From Octopus bimaculoides (Eukaryota): a DNA stretch of 58,130 nucleotides. The notes under the pieces are model-generated. The model saw only the letters and a program-made list of their open reading frames with translations, was not told the origin of the DNA and searched no databases. The stretch covers positions 30,030,224 through 30,088,353 of the forward strand of contig NC_069005.1 of the NCBI RefSeq assembly GCF_001194135.2. Reading direction: 5' to 3'. Positions 12,049-24,599 of this stretch are shown here, one piece after another. Within the stretch, counting starts at the first letter, position 1, and every line of letters begins with the position of its first letter. The position numbers and the translations under genes are program-made.

Positions 12049-13113
12049 TGACATGGTGTGTTAATTCATATTTTCTATTATGCTTCAGCAATGTCTCTGT
12101 TGGTCAATCAATATTGAAGCAATTGTGGTGTTATGTAATAAAGTGTGTTGCTCAACCCAATTTCTAATGTTCATATTTTATACATATATANNNNNNNNNN
12201 NNNNNNNNNNNNNNNNNNNNNNNNNNNNNNNNNNNNNNNNNNNNNNNNNNNNNNNNNNNNNNNNNNNNNNNNNNNNNNNNNNNNNNNNNNNNNNNNNNNN
12301 NNNNNNNNNNNNNNNNNNNNNNNNNNNNNNNNNNNNNNNNNNNNNNNNNNNNNNNNNNNNNNNNNNNNNNNNNNNNNNNNNNNNNNNNNNNNNNNNNNNN
12401 NNNNNNNNNNNNNNNNNNNNNNNNNNNNNNNNNNNNNNNNNNNNNNNNNNNNNNNNNNNNNNNNNNNNNNNNNNNNNNNNNNNNNNNNNNNNNNNNNNNN
12501 NNNNNNNNNNNNNNNNNNNNNNNNNNNNNNNNNNNNNNNNNNNNNNNNNNNNNNNNNNNNNNNNNNNNNNNNNNNNNNNNNNNNNNNNNNNNNNNNNNNN
12601 NNNNNNNNNNNNNNNNNNNNNNNNNNNNNNNNNNNNNNNNNNNNNNNNNNNNNNNNNNNNNNNNNNNNNNNNNNNNNNNNNNNNNNNNNNNNNNNNNNNN
12701 NNNNNNNNNNNNNNNNNNNNNNNNNNNNNNNNNNNNNNNNNNNNNNNNNNNNNNNNNNNNNNNNNNNNNNNNNNNNNNNNNNNNNNNNNNNNNNNNNNNN
12801 NNNNNNNNNNNNNNNNNNNNNNNNNNNNNNNNNNNNNNNNNNNNNNNNNNNNNNNNNNNNNNNNNNNNNNNNNNNNNNNNNNNNNNNNNNNNNNNNNNNN
12901 NNNNNNNNNNNNNNNNNNNNNNNNNNNNNNNNNNNNNNNNNNNNNNNNNNNNNNNNNNNNNNNNNNNNNNNNNNNNNNNNNNNNNNNNNNNNNNNNNNNN
13001 NNNNNNNNNNNNNNNNNNNNNNNNNNNNNNNNNNNNNNNNNNNNNNNNNNNNAATAATAATAATAATAATGATGATGATGATAATGTGTTGTTTTCTCTT
13101 TGCTTTTTTTCAG

Positions 13114-13188
13114 AAATGAAAGAAGAGCTGGAAGAATTGATGACAGACATCAAGAGGACAGCTAACAAAGTTCGAGGAAAATTAAAGG
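13114..13188 (+). CDS. STX1A: Syntaxin-1 exon (vertebrate exon 4 equivalent), Hb helix: xMKEELEELMTDIKRTANKVRGKLK
   Basis: Acceptor tgcttttttt cag|AA ATG AAA, donor AAG G|gtcagt; 75 nt, phase 1-1; translation matches the syntaxin-1 Hb motif (K-EELEELM-DIK-TANKVR-KLK). Confidence 0.96.
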
Positions 13189-13324
13189 GTCAGTTGGATG
13201 TATTTGATGTCTTTTGAGAACTGTGTTGTTTAATGGTGGTGGTGGTGGAGTCTGGTCAGTGGACTGGGCTTATTTCATTGGTGATGGTCATGGTGCCAGG
13301 TGATGATGTCACTGAACTGATTGC

Positions 13325-13850
13325 AAGTAACAACGCTCCAACACTCTTACCCACAACTACAACACTGCAAACACTGCCATGACCATCACCACCAACAACT
13401 CTGCTGTAATCTTCAATACTACATCATTTCCACCACCACCACCAATACTATAACCATCTCATGTATCAACAGCACCACAAGCCACCACCAGTACAACAAC
13501 AGTATGCCTCAAATCACTACCACCATACATCACCACCACCGCCAAATGACCAGGGAGTAACATTCTTCAAATATTGCTCTCACTACAACTACAACTACTA
13601 CCACCACCATCACAACTAACACCCCCATTACCACCATCATCAGCAACACCACCATCATCTCTACAACCACCACCACCACCATCATTACCATCACTACCAT
13701 CATTACCATCATTATAACCACTACCACCACCACGACTAACACTACCACCACTACCACAGTCTCCACCATTATCTCCATCACCACTACCACCACCACCCCT
13801 GTCTCCCTTACCATACCCTCTCAACATCAACATCAATCACTATTCCTGTT
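13325..13850. repeat. Degenerate (ACC/CAC/ACT)n low-complexity tract
   Basis: Runs of accacc/actacc trinucleotides; this is the source of the poly-T and poly-V ORFs. Confidence 0.85.
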
Positions 13851-14080
13851 AGCAAAGTACACTGTTAATACTAATTACACTAATTATATTAATTTCTTTC
13901 TAATTGTTCACTCCTTTCCCCTCATTGTTGACACATAACCAGTCAGGCCATGCCCACCTCCACTAACACACACACACACAAGCTTGCATGTATACATGCA
14001 TATAAAACAGTTACTTGTATATATATGCCGACATACATCCCATGGGTGTATATGCGCAAGCAAGTCTACAAATACATATT

Positions 14081-14218
14081 GACCCAGTGTTCAGTTGGTA
14101 CTTGCTTTATTGATCCTGAAATGATGAAAGGCAAAACTGACCTCAGCAGGATTTGAACTCAGAATATCTCACTGAGCATTTTTGCCCAGTGTGCTGACAA
14201 TTCTGCCAGCTTGTCGCC
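14081..14218 (-). mobile_element. SINE family A, antisense copy
   Basis: The reverse complement reads ggcgacaagctggcagaattgtcagcacactgggcaaaaatgctcag...gagttcaaatcctgctgaggtcagttttgcctttcatc. Confidence 0.8.
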
Positions 14219-14250
<32 letters not shown>

Positions 14251-14385
14251 TCCCTCAATGCTACCCTCACAGGATAATGGGTCGATGATGATGATGTAGG
14301 CTATTAATTGCCACTTCCACCCCCTTTTAATTACCACCTCCACTTTCCCCTCTATTGTTAAAACTACAACAACAACATCTGCAAC

Positions 14386-14760
14386 AACTAGAACAGTAAC
14401 ACTAACTAAAGCCCTAACAACAAGAACAATGATCAGAGGAGCAACCATCACCACCTTGACCACCACCACCACCACCACCACCACAGCTAGAACTGTAACA
14501 CTAACTAAAGCACTCACAACAATAGCAATGATCAGAGGAGCAACCATTACCACCTTGACCACCACCACCTTGACCACCACCACCACCATCACCATCATCA
14601 TCATCATCATCACCATACCATCACCACCACCACCACCACCACCACAACTAGAACTGTAACACTAACTAAAGCACTCACAACAATAGCAATGATCAGAAGA
14701 ACAACCATTACTCCCACCACCACCACCATACCATACCACCATCATCATCATCATCACTAC
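14386..14760. repeat. Three-copy tandem repeat of a ~63-bp core separated by (ACC)n
   Basis: The core ctagaactgtaacactaactaaagcactcacaacaatagcaatgatcagaggagcaaccat starts near 14386, 14486 and 14646. Confidence 0.85.
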
Positions 14761-15062
14761 CACCATACCGTCACTGCCACCACCACTTCAACAACATACA
14801 TGGGAATAACAAAGAACACCCTGCCTGATAATTGGGTGTCATTAATTAATTAAAACTAACCAATTACCATAAATAATTAGTGTAAAGTATGAAAGACCAA
14901 CAGCCACTTTGCTGGTTGTCATGGTTACCGACAAGTACCACTCCAACACTACACTGTCACCACAACACTACTTCAAATATCACCACTGTACTAACACCAG
15001 CAACACTACAGCCACAACCACAACACCACCATTTAAACACCACTCCATCACTTACATTACTG

Positions 15063-15225
15063 GTGTGGCTGGGTGGTAAGAAGCTTGCTTCCCAACCACT
15101 TGGTGCCAGGTTCAGTCCTACTGTGTGGCACTTTAGATAAGTGTGCTTCTACCATAGCTTCGGGCCAACCAAAGCCTTGTGAGTGGATTTGGTAAACAGA
15201 AACTGAAAGAAGCCTATCACATATA
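15063..15225 (+). mobile_element. SINE family B 5' head
   Basis: gtgtggctgggtggtaagaagcttgcttccc...ggttcagtcctactgtgtggcac...ccaaagccttgtgagtggatttggta. Confidence 0.85.
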
Positions 15226-15689
15226 TATATATATATATATANNNNNNNNNNNNNNNNNNNNNNNNNNNNNNNNNNNNNNNNNNNNNNNNNNNNNNNNNNN
15301 NNNNNNNNNNNNNNNNNNNNNNNNNNNNNNNNNNNNNNNNNNNNNNNNNNNNNNNNNNNNNNNNNNNNNNNNNNNNNNNNNNNNNNNNNNNNNNNNNNNN
15401 NNNNNNNNNNNNNNNNNNNNNNNNNNNNNNNNNNNNNNNNNNNNNNNNNNNNNNNNNNNNNNNNNNNNNNNNNNNNNNNNNNNNNNNNNNNNNNNNNNNN
15501 NNNNNNNNNNNNNNNNNNNNNNNNNNNNNNNNNNNNNNNNNNNNNNNNNNNNNNNNNNNNNNNNNNNNNNNNNNNNNNNNNNNNNNNNNNNNNNNNNNNN
15601 NNNNNNNNNNNNNNNNNNNNNNNNNNNNNNNNNNNNNNNNNNNNNNNNNNNNNNNNNNNNNNNNNNNNNNNNNNNNNNNNNNNNNNNTA

Positions 15690-15795
15690 TGTGGAGGCAC
15701 GTGGCCTAGTGGTTAGGGTGTCAGCATCATGATCGTAAGATTGTAGTTTCGATTCCTGGACCGGGTGACGCATTGTGTTCTTGAGCAAAACACTT
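15690..15795 (+). mobile_element. SINE family C head, abutting an RTE fragment
   Basis: gtggaggcacgtggcctagtggttagggtgtcagc...gtttcgattcctggaccggg...gttcttgagcaaaacactt. Confidence 0.8.
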
Positions 15796-16140
15796 GCAGT
15801 TTGCAAGAGAGATGACTGCACTGATTTGCTCATGTGATGTGGATGGATGCTGATAACTCGCTAATGAAGTGTCAGTCTCTCAAAGTGGATGGAACTTGTG
15901 GGAGTGGTAGACCCAGGAAGACATGGGACAGAGTCCTGAATGACAACCTCAGGTTGCTGAACCTTTCAGATGAGATGACAAAGAACTGAGATATCTGGCA
16001 CCTTGCTGTACTGAAGAAGGCCTGTCTTTCACAGCAGAAATATTAAGGGCACTCCCTGTTGGTGAAGGGATTAGCCTGAAAGAGTCATGTGGAAGTGCCA
16101 TGTAAAAAGCACTTGTGTTGGTACCACATAAAAACGTTTG
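15796..16140 (+). mobile_element. RTE-clade LINE 3' fragment (degenerate ORF C-terminus plus tail)
   Basis: The frame from 15804 reads QER*LH*FAHVMWMDADNSLMKCQSLKVDGTCGSGRPRKTWDRVLNDNLRLLNLSDEMTKN*DIWHLAV, matching the RTE-type RRLRWFGHV-R...RGRP-KTW...DR--WR pattern. Several stops fit CGA>TGA decay. Confidence 0.8.
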
Positions 16141-16436
16141 TGCCATTGCTACATTAAAATCACTCAGCAGGGTTAAAAGCTAGTTTTATAGATATTTCTT
16201 TCAAAATTCCTGTTTTTTCTTTCACACCTTCACTTGTGTAGGTTCACAACTGAACTCTCTGAGAGAACATGTTTCAGTGTCCAGAAACCCCGCTTAAGAA
16301 CCACTGATTTATACAGTACTCAAGTCAAGAGAAGTTTAAAAGAGGGGACAGAAAACGGGAATATAATATCTGAAATCTTTAATTCACTTCTTGTATTTAT
16401 TTAACTTGTTTTTTTTGTTTTGTTTTTTTATTGTAG

Positions 16437-16510
16437 CTATTGAACAAAACATTGAACAAGAAGAACATTCTAATAAGTCATCAGCCGATCTCAGGATACG
16501 AAAAACACAG
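16437..16510 (+). CDS. STX1A: Syntaxin-1 exon (exon 5 equivalent): (A)IEQNIEQEEHSNKSSADLRIRKTQ
   Basis: Acceptor tttattgtag|CT ATT, donor CAG|gtgagg; 74 nt; SSADLRIRKTQ is a syntaxin-1 hallmark. Confidence 0.97.
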
Positions 16511-16858
16511 GTGAGGATATATCTGGTTTCTAGAATTGTTGATGACTTTGTTACAGGTGTGTGTGTTGAGAGATAGATGTGGCAGAGAGAAAGAAAGAGG
16601 AAGAGAAAATGCACTCTGTTAAGACGTGTGTGTGTGTGTGTATGTAGAAAGAGAGAGAGAGAGAGAGAAAGAAGACACTGTGTGACAGATTGAGAGTGAC
16701 TAAACATAGATCAAGGGGAAACTATGAAGAAGCCCATCAGCTAGGTTCTAGATCAGTGGTTGTCAGTTTTTTTAATATCCAGGCCAGATCCAAACCCTGG
16801 ATATTTTTTTATGGGGCTTGCACGAAAACAAATGTAAAACACAAGTCAAAGAAAATAT

Positions 16859-16896
<38 letters not shown>

Positions 16897-17073
16897 TACA
16901 GGAGGATCAGTTAATTATGATTTTATTCAACATATTCCCCTCTCAGATTTGCACACTTATTGCAATGGTCCTTCAGTTTTTCTAAGCTCTGTAAAAGAAC
17001 TCGGAAGGTTGGGCCTCCAACCAGGCCTTTCGTGTTACCCTTAAAGCCAGGAACTTTTCAGCATCCCTTCATA
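16897..17073 (-). mobile_element. Mariner-derived MITE, second copy of the 1278 family
   Basis: The interior is near-identical to 1322-1457 (minus strand LQSLEKLKDHCNKCANLRGEYVE*). The right end aaagccaggaacttttcagcatcccttcata is approximately the reverse complement of the TIR at 1278. Confidence 0.85.
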
Positions 17074-17109
17074 TACACACACACACACACACATACATGC
17101 ACACATCTC

Positions 17110-17235
17110 AAGGGCTTCCACTGTTTCTTTCTATTGAATTCAATTATAAGCCATTGGTTGGCCCAGAATTATAGCAGAAGACATTTGCCCAAAGCACCGT
17201 ACAGTGGGACTGAACTTGAAACCACATGACTCCAA
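17110..17235 (-). mobile_element. SINE family B head, antisense
   Basis: The reverse complement reads catgtggtttcaagttcagtcccactgtacggtgctttgggcaaatgtcttctgctata...gggccaacc. Confidence 0.75.
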
Positions 17236-17878
17236 AGTGAAAAATCAACAAATACATGTTACAATTGTCACAAATGGTTTGAAAGGAAATGAAGGCTTGG
17301 CTGTCATTTGAGGCAGTCATTTGATGACCCATGTACCAAACCTGTTACAAGCCTTATACATCTGCAATAATAATGTGGTTAAGTCCAAAATCGAGCTGAC
17401 AACCAATGATGTGTGTCTGTGCATGTGTATCTGTGTGTGTGATATAGAATCTGTTTTCCTTCTGTAGCCATTGCATAAATCTAATGTTATTTTTTCTTTT
17501 CTATTTTCTTTCTCTTTCGCCAGGTATCAAGGAAGTTTTTCTGGTTCCTTCTCAGTCTGTCTTAACTCCATAGATTCCTAGAATGCACAGAGGATGCCAG
17601 TGGGATTCTTTGATGAGTAGAATTATTAAGTTTATATCAATTAAGAAATTAACTAAGATATATTTTTAAAAAAAAAAGCAAAATAGTTAACACCTGTTGA
17701 ATTACGCTTATTACATATCACTATCTATTTTTATACCTAACCGTTTCACTGTTTTTTTTTCCTGTTTTACATGTGTGTGTGTCTGTGTGTTTTTCTCTAG
17801 TTGCATTTGTACATTTATATATTCCTATTTTTCTTCCTTATATATGTGTGTGTATATATGTATACATGTATGTATGTG

Positions 17879-17929
<51 letters not shown>

Positions 17930-19446
17930 GTATGTATATATCGACTCTTTATTTTTTTTCTTTCCTTCATTCTTGGCTTTTAATCTCTTCATTGACCAAG
18001 TTTCTGGAATATTGTACAAAGACAACTCATCGAATAGCCTAGAAGACAGTGGGATGGGTAGTGGGTAGATGCCTGTTGCCAGATGAAAGTATGTCTTTAA
18101 TAATACATGACCTCCCCTTATACACACACACATACACACACAGAGAATCCTTCCTCTCCTCCATCTCCCTAGTTTACACTATATGTTAATATTTATTGGC
18201 AAGTGTTTATGTTAACCATATTGTTGACTATGGAAAGATTTCCATGCTCTGTACAAACAGACAGGTAAACTGCATGATGCAATCACTACCCATTGCAATA
18301 TTTTGGAGGATTGGAATCTCTTAGAATCAGGGACTAGAAATATATTCCATCTTGATGTACAACACCTTGTGAAATACTTCTTTGCCATAGCCTCAAATTG
18401 ATCTAAGCATTGTGAAGGAAATTTGATGGACAGAAACTCAAAGCTGGTCCCACAGGGTTTAGTCATGTCATGCAATGTGCCTAACAATCATTTTAAGCCT
18501 TTTGTTAACATATTTCTTTTGAAATACTCTGCTTTTGTTTCAATTACTTTTGAAAATAGTGAAGAATTTAGGAAAATAAAGAAAAATAACCTTATGATTA
18601 AGCTGGTGTTTAAAACATGAATTAACATAAAATTTTGATGAATGACTTTAATTTAGATCACTTCAAAACAAAGAAGTTTTATTACCATAGAACCAGTATA
18701 GTCTTGCACTGGTTGGTATCAAAAGAGTAAGAATACATGTCTGTGGAATATCCAACCATTTATGCTGCAATATATAATGACTATAAGTAGCTCCAATGAT
18801 TGTTTGGCTGGAATACTTATTCAATGTTTGTTTTCCACAGAAATTTGTGGTCTTGTGTCAGTGTTAGAAATAAATTAGTGTCTCAACTGTTTGGTTCTGA
18901 CTAATAGGGTCGGGGTTTCAATTTCATGTTGTTGCAGCCTATTCAGCCATGATGATGACCAGCAGGATGCAGGCACAGCCTGGTTTTCCCCTCCACCTCT
19001 TTCATCTTGGCAGGTCTTTGTGTGAAGAGGAGAGGGCCAAGATGGTGTCTGTCTGCTCGTGATCACACAGACACCTAAAAGAAGTATGGAAGGTATGGTA
19101 CAGAAGCCATAATCCCTTGTGAGTGGTTCCTGGAGGTACTGTAAGGAATCAATATAGAATAGGGATTGATTCGAAGTCCACCGCTAACAGGAAAACCTGT
19201 AATTGTCGAGTCTCCCAATGATGTCCATTAGATGGATTTTGTTTATTTGGCAATAAGCAATAAACAACTCAGTAAATGAAATGAAATTTAAAATAAAACT
19301 TTATTATTAGCTTTTATTTCCTAATTGGGCAATTTTAAATATCTGAGCAACTATCTCTGCCATTTACCATACAAAAGTTCTTTCCCTTGGAAACTTATTG
19401 AATCTATAAGCATTACATCTCACTCCCACTACACAAACGCATGTAA

Positions 19447-19480
<34 letters not shown>

Positions 19481-19979
19481 GCGCGCGCGTGCACACCTAT
19501 ATGTACACACATCCACATATCATTATCAGTTCTATTACTTGCTATTTTAGAGAAGAGAGTATTCTGTACTGAGTTTGTCACTCCCTTCAACAATGTTCCT
19601 GTTGTTTCTTTAGGCCGAATTATTGCAAGGGAGATAACCCTAACTTTCCATCTAGTGAAGGAATGAGGCTTTATTTATTTATTGTTTTTTTTTTAATATT
19701 TGTTTTTTTTTCTTTTGGTTAATATGTTGATGTCTTCATGTGATCCTGTTATATTTTATATTTAGTATATAGCATACACAATATCATTATTTCCCCTTTG
19801 AGTATATGTGTATGCACACACATACACATTTGCATTTATGTATGTATATGTGTGTCTGTATATATATATATTATTTTTCATTCCCTTTCGAAATTATCCC
19901 TAATTTTTGTGGTATGTAGTCTTTTGCTGCTATTTCTAGCGGGTTAGATGTCCTATTATAGGCATCTCTGCATTTTAAA

Positions 19980-20021
<42 letters not shown>

Positions 20022-20232
20022 AGTAAAAATAAATACAAAAAAAGGGGTTTTGTATGATTGTGTATAGAGGAATATATTATTTTGTTTAAAAGAGTTCCAA
20101 CACTGTCTGTTTTTTATGTTTTATTTATATTCCTGCAAAACCAATGTGGGATATAGAATATGGAATATACAATATATAATATAATATATAATATAAAATA
20201 AAAATGGATGGTACAATGAAATAAAGTATTGA

Positions 20233-20298
20233 ATGTCTTATTGAATATATGGAATATGTCTTATTGAATATATGGAATATGTCTTATTGAATATATGA
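20233..20298. repeat. 23-bp tandem repeat, about 3 copies
   Basis: The unit atgtcttattgaatatatggaat occurs three times. Confidence 0.85.
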
Positions 20299-22535
20299 GA
20301 TATTGAGTGTTCAATATAAAGGATTAAATATATAAAGGCGAATACGTATTTTCTATACCTTGTGGTATTTCATCATGGCCGGTATGACAGACTTTAACAG
20401 ACTGTATATATGTATCCTCACTTAAAAGTGGATGTTGTATTAGAAAACACAGAATACTGTGATAGTTACCATGAGAAAATCTCTCAAATGGGCCTCTGGT
20501 GCATACAAGCACTTTTATTCACATCACTAACATGAGACTACTCGCCACCATTGCCACCATCAAAACTGCCAGATCACATGATTTCAGCCTTCCCTGGCCT
20601 TGTCAATGGTAGACACCCGACTGCTGGAACTAGCAGTGATATCTCCTGCTAGTGTTATACATAGAATCACAATGTCTAATGAGGCACAAATAGCCAGTGG
20701 TTTTATCAAAAAATAATTATCAATGACAAGCACTATTAAGTATTAACTGTTGGCAAGAAACTTTATCAAGGACACACACACACACACACACATACAAAAG
20801 AAAGAAATCAAGTAAAATGTCCCAATGATCCAGAAACTTGTCTGTCAATGAGAAGCCTCCCTTATGTCTGTCTGTTTGTCAGTTTATCTAATTCTCTCTT
20901 TCTTTCCCAATGTTTAGATTTTATACTGTAAAGAAAATCACTAGCATCCTTTATGCATACTTATACAGTTATTATTATTATTATTATTATTACTACTACT
21001 ACTACTACTACTACTTCTGACTTTGTGCCATTGTGAAAAATTATCATTATTACTGTTATACTAATTATTATTATTATTATTATTGCTGCTGTTGTGATAA
21101 TCATTAATTGTATATGTACTGTTAATATTTTATTATCATTATTTTTCTTCTCCAAAACATGATTATTTTTTTGTTACATTGTATGTTATATAACAACACA
21201 TTATATAATGTAATATTATATAATGCTATTAAATATTATATAACAACGACATGTTATTGACATTTTCTAATGATAATTTTCTGATAGCTGTGAACCCACA
21301 TGTGTTTAATGTGAACATTTCTAATAGCTGTGTACCCACGGGTGGTTAGTACATTCATTGCCAATAGCTGTACCTACTGGGGGTTATTGTAGAGCTGGCA
21401 GTCATCACTCAATTTTTAAAAAATTTCTTTCCATAAATCAAATAATTAAATCGATGGAATCTTAGATATTATTCATTGATGAATCTTAATGTTTGGAGCA
21501 CCTGAAGATTTGTGTCGGAATAAGATTAGAATTTTTTGTCCCCCAAGATTATTAACCTTATCTTTTGAGATGAAAGTTTTTATTTATTTGTTTGTTTGTT
21601 TTGTAATATTTGTATCTAATACTCAACCAGTTGGTAATTAGCTATTTCATCTTGCTGGTGCCAATTGTCATATTACAAAAAAACATTGAAGATATTAATT
21701 CAGAAGACACTTCATCTCTAAAGTTGAGGTTAATAATCTTCTCAAAAAATTATAATCTTTATTAACAACTCATTTCGAACCTTTAACCCTTTTCATTCCA
21801 ACCTGGAACTGACCCTGGTTCTTTGATGATTAAAAGACAAAACCCTTCTCTCTTTTGAAGTGTTCATATTTATATCATACAATTCTGTCATAATTATTTA
21901 TGGAAAAACATTTCCAATATGTTCCAAACAAGAATTTAATACTGACAAAAGTGACTTATTTTAATAAAGCGTTTCCAAATTCTCAAATATTTTCCATATT
22001 AATTGAAGTACATACACAATATATTTTATGAAGAATAATGGTAACAAATAGGTTAAGACATTTAATTATTTTGTTATATTTCTGTTACTTTATAATCTAC
22101 ACCACCACCACTGTCATTGCCAAATTTTCCATCTGGCTTGAGCTAACATTTTATAGTGGTCCAGTGTTGCTAAGCAGCTATATAAATGCTTTAACCATCA
22201 TAGGCTCTTCGAGTGGCAGTAAGATTATCCAAACCCATCCTCATTGAGTTCGCTAAAGTGGCATAGATTGATATTTCAGCTGATAAAGCAATGTTCTACT
22301 ATTTGGCAAATTAGTCATTATGAGCACCAATTTGATGTAGAAATAAACACACCAGGCCTCACTGAAAGCAATAGATAAAATGATCTCATCTGAATCCCTG
22401 TCCAATATTTTGCAAAAGAACTTGTTTAAAGCCATAGCTTTTACTCCCTACGTGAACAGAAACTTGAATGTAAAGATCAAATTAACATCTCTGAGTACAC
22501 AACTATGACAATTCTTGGTTCCTGAAATTATGTCC

Positions 22536-22574
<39 letters not shown>

Positions 22575-22796
22575 NNNNNNNNNNTTGTGTGTGTGTGTTT
22601 GTGTAATGTATGTTTGTATGTGTGTGTGTGTATGTGTGTGTTTATATATAATATGTATATAAAATGTATATTTATGTGTGTATATATTTAAAATGTATGT
22701 ATTTGTATATGTATGTATGTGTATACATAAAAATGAAAATATGCATATATATAAGTGCAAGAGTAAGAAAAAACTAGGGAAAAGAAAAGAGAAGGC

Positions 22797-22960
22797 AATT
22801 GGCCACGGATGTTGTTATGATTGTATAGTTTGGAAGATCACTATTATGTGGTCCTGAGTTCAGTCCCACTGCACAGTACCTTTGGTCAGCATCTTCTGCC
22901 AAAGCTTTGGCTCAGCATTAGTTTTGTGAGAGAAATTTGGTATACAAAATCATGCAGGAT
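22797..22960 (+). mobile_element. SINE family B head, diverged
   Basis: gagttcagtcccactgcacagtacctttggtcagcatcttctgcc...gtgagagaaatttggta. Confidence 0.6.
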
Positions 22961-23275
22961 CTCACCAAATGGACTGTACCAGTAATTTAATGGGGGGAAA
23001 GCCTTGTCATGCATAATGCCATACTGATTCTGCCTCACAGTTGCATTAAGAGTAAATGTGTGTGTGCGTGTGTGAAAATGTCTCAGGATTATGCTAAGAA
23101 TACACATGTCTGTGGAATACTCGACCACTTTAACTATGAACCAAGGGAGGCTGTGTATGTTATTCAGTGGGCTAGCCCTGTCATATTGATTCTACCTGAA
23201 AGATTAATTAAAGGGTACACATCCATGAAATATTCTCAGGATTTCACTGTGGAATACACTGCCTTTTTTACTACT

Positions 23276-23315
<40 letters not shown>

Positions 23316-23392
23316 CCACATCCAGCAGGTGTCTATTTGGACTATTAATTACACATCCATTTGTTTCTTCCAATGTAATCTTATTTGGTTAA

Positions 23393-23720
23393 GGCCCGTA
23401 GCTAAGTGGATAGGGTATTCAGCTCATGGGTGTAAGGCAGCAAGCTTGATTCCTGGTGACACATTGGGTCCTTGAGCAAGTTTCTTTCTCTCACGGTGCT
23501 CCAGTCCACTCAGCTGGCAAAAACAAGTTGTGCCTGTAATTCAAAGGGGCCACCCTTGTCACATTTCTGCATCATGCTGAACCTCTTCTGAGAAGTACAT
23601 TAAGGGTACACGTGTCTGTGGAGTGCTCAGCCACTTGCATGTTAATTTCACAAGCAGGCTGTTCTGTCAGGCGGATCAACTGGAGGCCCTCGTTGTCATA
23701 ACAGACGGAATGCCAATCAA
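23393..23720 (+). mobile_element. SINE family C with long 3' part
   Basis: Head ggcccgtagctaagtggataggg, then ccttgagcaag...cactcagctggcaaaaa, then tail gggtacacgtgtctgtggagtgctcagccacttgc. Confidence 0.7.
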
Positions 23721-24233
23721 TCATTCGGCAAATCTCTCTAGTTATCAACATAGAATCAGAAACACCATGTTTTATGTTCTCCTTTTATGTTTATGCATAT
23801 TTCCATTATACTTGTATATGTGTAAATAAATTAGTGTGTCTGTGTGTCTGTACACACACTGACTCACATACACACACTCTCACACACACAGTATATTTAT
23901 TCATATATAATGCAAGAAATTTAATCCAAGACATCAGGACTCAAAAGTGCTGGCTGACATTATACTGAAGTGTCAATAGAAAATGAAAAAGGAAAAAAGA
24001 ATAAAATAAAATATATTATTGATTTTTTTTTTGTTTTTTATCAGAAGTGTGAGTTCCATGATGTTTGAAATTGCATTGCAGTTGAGTAAATACCGTGTGT
24101 GTATGTGTATGCATGTATGTATGTACACACATATATAATTTGAATAAATTGTGTTTGAACAAAATGCTGGTTCCTAAAACATCATTATGTCTTCACTGTT
24201 GTTGTTATATATATATATGTATGTGTGTGCGTG

Positions 24234-24309
<76 letters not shown>

Positions 24310-24346
24310 CATACATACATACATACATATCCATATATATATGTAT

Positions 24347-24380
<34 letters not shown>

Positions 24381-24599
24381 ATATACATATATCCATATAT
24401 ATACATTTTGAAGTAATAATTAAAACAGTTCTTTGTCATATTAAGTTGGTTGGTTGTGTGGAATGTGGTTTGTTGTTGTCTTTCAGCATCAGGATTAACC
24501 TTAACTGAGCATACCTGTCATTTGAGGCATCCCACCCCTGAACATCCCGTCCACTTTCTCCTCTAGCCCTGCATTATCCAAATGCATTCTTGTGTATTT

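Noticed and set aside
1-13113. Search for upstream syntaxin exons (N-peptide, Ha helix: EEFFEQV, KKKHS-ILSAP)
   Set aside because: No matching codons were found in the visible sequence; these exons are presumed upstream of the window or in a gap.
14429-14659. Mucin-like Thr-rich repetitive ORF
   Set aside because: It derives from the 3-copy tandem repeat plus (ACC)n and lies within a syntaxin intron with no supporting splice sites.
21280-21390. Three short degenerate repeats (atagctgt…ccc/cct…) with variable spacers, superficially array-like
   Set aside because: Only three poorly conserved units in eukaryotic intron DNA; an old tandem duplication, not a CRISPR-like array.
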